Source: Macrostomum lignano (lineage: Eukaryota). Taken from it: 64,000 bases of DNA. The notes beneath the pieces are model-generated. The model did not search any database. It was not told the DNA's origin and worked only from the letters and a program-made list of their open reading frames with translations. A program made the translations under genes and the position numbers. Shown here in pieces: positions 49,861 through 64,000 of the stretch (positions are counted from its first letter, which is position 1; each line of letters starts with the position of its first letter). The stretch is from NCBI GenBank assembly GCA_002269645.1, contig NIVC01001566.1:1-64000 (forward strand), read 5' to 3'.

Positions 49861-50220
49861 CAAAGGCTGGAAGAGGAATTTTGAGAATGAGAACTTGTCA
49901 GAGTCAAAGGCTGGAAGAGGAATTTTGAGAATGAGAACTTGTCAGAGTCAAAGGCTGGAAGAGGAATTTTGAGAATGAGAACTTGTCAGAGTCAAAGGCT
50001 GGAAGAGGAATTTTGAGAATGAGAACTTGTCAGAGTCAAAGGCTGGAAGAGGAATTTTGAGAATGAGAACTTGTCAGAGTCAAAGGCTGGAAGAGGAATT
50101 TTGAGAATGAGAACTTGTCAGAGTCAAAGGCTGGAAGAGGAATTTTGAGAATGAGAACTTGTCAGAGTCAAAGGCTGGAAGAGGAATTTTGAGAATGAGA
50201 ACTTGTCAGAGTCAAAGGCT
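49861..50220. repeat. 44 bp tandem repeat CAAAGGCTGGAAGAGGAATTTTGAGAATGAGAACTTGTCAGAGT, 8 identical copies plus a partial
   Basis: Units start at 49861, 49905 ... 50169, with a partial at 50213. Confidence 0.98.
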
Positions 50221-51420
50221 GTCATATTGTTGCGCTGTTTGAAATTTTGAATTGCCGTATGGTCCATTATTGACTTCTTTATATTGAAACAATAGATGGA
50301 CGATCAACGCTTCCATTTTATTTGTGCCAGTAAAAATGATCGGAGTCGCATTGTAGCTGCATGCCATGCCATGATAACGCGAATTCAATTTTAAAATACT
50401 CTCTTGAACGGAAAAACTATACAGGCGCTGCCAGATCGCTCTCGAGTCTGCAGTCACGAGCGGCTGTCAGGCATATAATATCGATCTGACAGCAACTGCA
50501 TGATCCCCCGCGAGTTGCGCCACTCCACCGCCTGTTTCTGTAGCTATCTCTCTATTCTTTCCCCACTCTCTGCTAAGCCGATCGGGGCGCTACAATTCAC
50601 CTGTCATGCAGGCAGCTTGTGCAGTTCAACTTCCAACAAATTTCCAATTCTTTTTTGCCCGCCCTCCCCCTGCCAGCTCCAAGTTAATCCCTTAGAACTG
50701 CTTCGGGACTTGTTGGTTAGTGTTCTCCTCAACTCCAGCCCAGCCCGCTTCCCCAGGCCCTGCACTGCCTCCCTGTGTTCAGGGCGGAACTGAGTTTCTC
50801 TACCCTGCCCTCTCAGTCCGGGGCAAGGAGTGCCAGAGCCAGAGGGCTGGGCTGGCAACTCAAGACACCTGAAGCCAGGCGTCGTGTTTTTACTCTCTAT
50901 GTGTATTTTCGTGAAACTGGGAATCGGTGTCAAAACAACCTTGCGACGCTTATAGTTTGGAAGATTTCAATTTTTTGTGTGTAAACTGATAGACTGCATT
51001 TAAACTGACTGGAAGAGAAGTCACTCCAGACTCCTGCCCTGGTTCTAAGACTCCTTGGCTCAGCCGCTTGTGCCGCCAGCTCAATTCTCTTCCCATTTCC
51101 TCGCGTCCCAGCCAGCCAGCCAGTCAGCTCTCAACTTGTTGCAAGCGGCGCCTCAAGCGGCGGGACGGACAGACCTCAGAGGCCGAACTTGCCTTGCCCA
51201 GCAGGAGCCACAAAGACTGCACGGGCCTTACAATTCCCTCAACACGACGCTGTCATTGGCTGGCTCTGGTTTCTGGAGGCAGCGCATCCGGGATAAAGCA
51301 GCGGCGCGGCGGCCTCTCGCTTCTCTAACTTCGCAACTTTCTCTGCCCCGCTAATCCGTAAGCTAAGGGGTTGAGCGCAAAACTCCGGAAGGCACCGTGC
51401 TTGAGAACCGACTCCCCAGC

Positions 51421-62801
<11,381 letters not shown>

Positions 62802-62809
62802 GTGAGCTG

Positions 62810-63815
62810 TTGGATTGGTGTGGGATTTGTGTGGATTTTCGTGGATCGGTTTGTGGATTAGCGTGGATTGGGTGCATTTATGTGTATTGTTGTGGATTGG
62901 TGTGGATTGTTATGGATTGGTGTGGATTGTTATGGATTGGTGTGGGTTGTTATGGATTGGTGTGGATTGTTATGGATTGGTGTGGGTTGTTATGGATTGG
63001 TGTATTGTTGTTATGGATTGGTGTGGATTGTTATGGATTTGTGTTGATTGTTATGGATTGGTGTGGATTGTTATGGATTGGTGTTGATTGTTATGGATAG
63101 GTGTGGATTGTTATGGATTGGTGTATTGTTGTTATGGATTGGTGTGGATTGTTATGGATTGGTGTGGATTGTTATGGATTGGTGTGGATTGTTATGGATT
63201 GGTGTGGGTTGTTATGGATTGGTGTGGATTGTTATGGATTGGTGTGGATTGTTATGGATTGGTGTGGGTTGTTATGAATTGGTGTGGATTGTTATGGATT
63301 GGTGTGGATTGTTATGGATTGGTGTGGGTTGTTATGGATTGGTGTGGATTGTTATGGATTGGTGTGGGTTGTTATGAATTGGTGTGGATTGTTATGGATT
63401 GGTGTGGATTGTTATGGATTGGTGTGGGTTGTTATGGGTTGGTGTTGATTGTTATGGATTGGTGTGGATTGTTATGGATTGGTGTATTGTTGTTATGGAT
63501 TGGTGTGGATTGTTATGGATTGGTGTGGATTGTTATGGATTGGTGTGGATTGTTATGGATTGGTGTGGATTGTTATGGATTGGTGTGGGTTGTTATGGAT
63601 TGGTGTGGATTGTTATGGATTGGTGTGGATTGTTATGGATTGGTGTGGATTGTTATGGATTGGTGTGGATTGTTATGGATTGGTGTGGGTTGTTATGGAT
63701 TGGTGTGGATTGTTATGGATTGGTGTGGATTGTTATGGATTGGTGTGGGTTGTTATGGATTGGTGTGGGTTCTTATGGATTGGTGTGGGTTGTTATGGAT
63801 TGGTGTGGATTGGTA
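62810..63815. repeat. 20 bp minisatellite GTGGATTGTTATGGATTGGT, TIA1 intron 7
   Basis: Direct tandem repetition, ~50 copies. Confidence 0.97.
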
Positions 63816-64000
63816 TGGTGCTGATTGGGGTGGGTGCTGATTCGGGTGGATGCTGATTGGGGTGGGTGCTGATTGGGGTGGGTGCTGATTGGGTTAGGTG
63901 CTGATTGGGGTGGGTGCTGATTCGGGATGGGTGCTGATTTGGGTGGGTGCTGATTGGGGTGGGTGCTGATGGGGTGGTTGCTGATTGGGGTGGGTGCTGA
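63816..64000. repeat. 16 bp repeat GGTGCTGATTGGGGTG running off the window
   Basis: Direct tandem repetition. Confidence 0.93.

Noticed and set aside
49861-50220. CRISPR-like appearance of the 44 bp (and 31 bp at 47694) repeats
   Set aside because: Head-to-tail units with no unique spacers, no cas genes and a eukaryotic context.

Overview
Eukaryotic (metazoan) genomic DNA with spliceosomal introns. The GC- and Ala/Gly-rich exons and minisatellite-filled introns suggest the flatworm Macrostomum, but that is inference only. Five host genes can be rebuilt exon by exon: (1) a 7-repeat delta-1-like protocadherin, minus strand, ~619-7527; (2) a divergent GKAP/SAPAP-domain (DLGAP5/HURP/Mars-like) gene, minus strand, 12834-14274, possibly extending to ~9700; (3) a CCDC14-like coiled-coil gene, 25548-29821; (4) glycogen synthase, 31368-47589, 6 exons, 724 aa; (5) a TIA-1/TIAR-like gene from 51421 past the right edge, apparently lacking RRM1. 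Mobile DNA: a defective Penelope-like retroelement (17769-21012) with near-identical pseudo-LTRs, each carrying a minimal hammerhead motif; a solo pseudo-LTR of a sister family with its own hammerhead inside glycogen synthase intron 1; and several MITEs, one nested in another. The most striking structure is that most introns between GC-rich exons contain a tandem array with their own private unit. Some arrays run almost flush to the splice sites and supply branch-point or pyrimidine-tract motifs, whereas AT-rich introns carry transposons instead. Most long ORFs in the supplied track are artefacts of these arrays.
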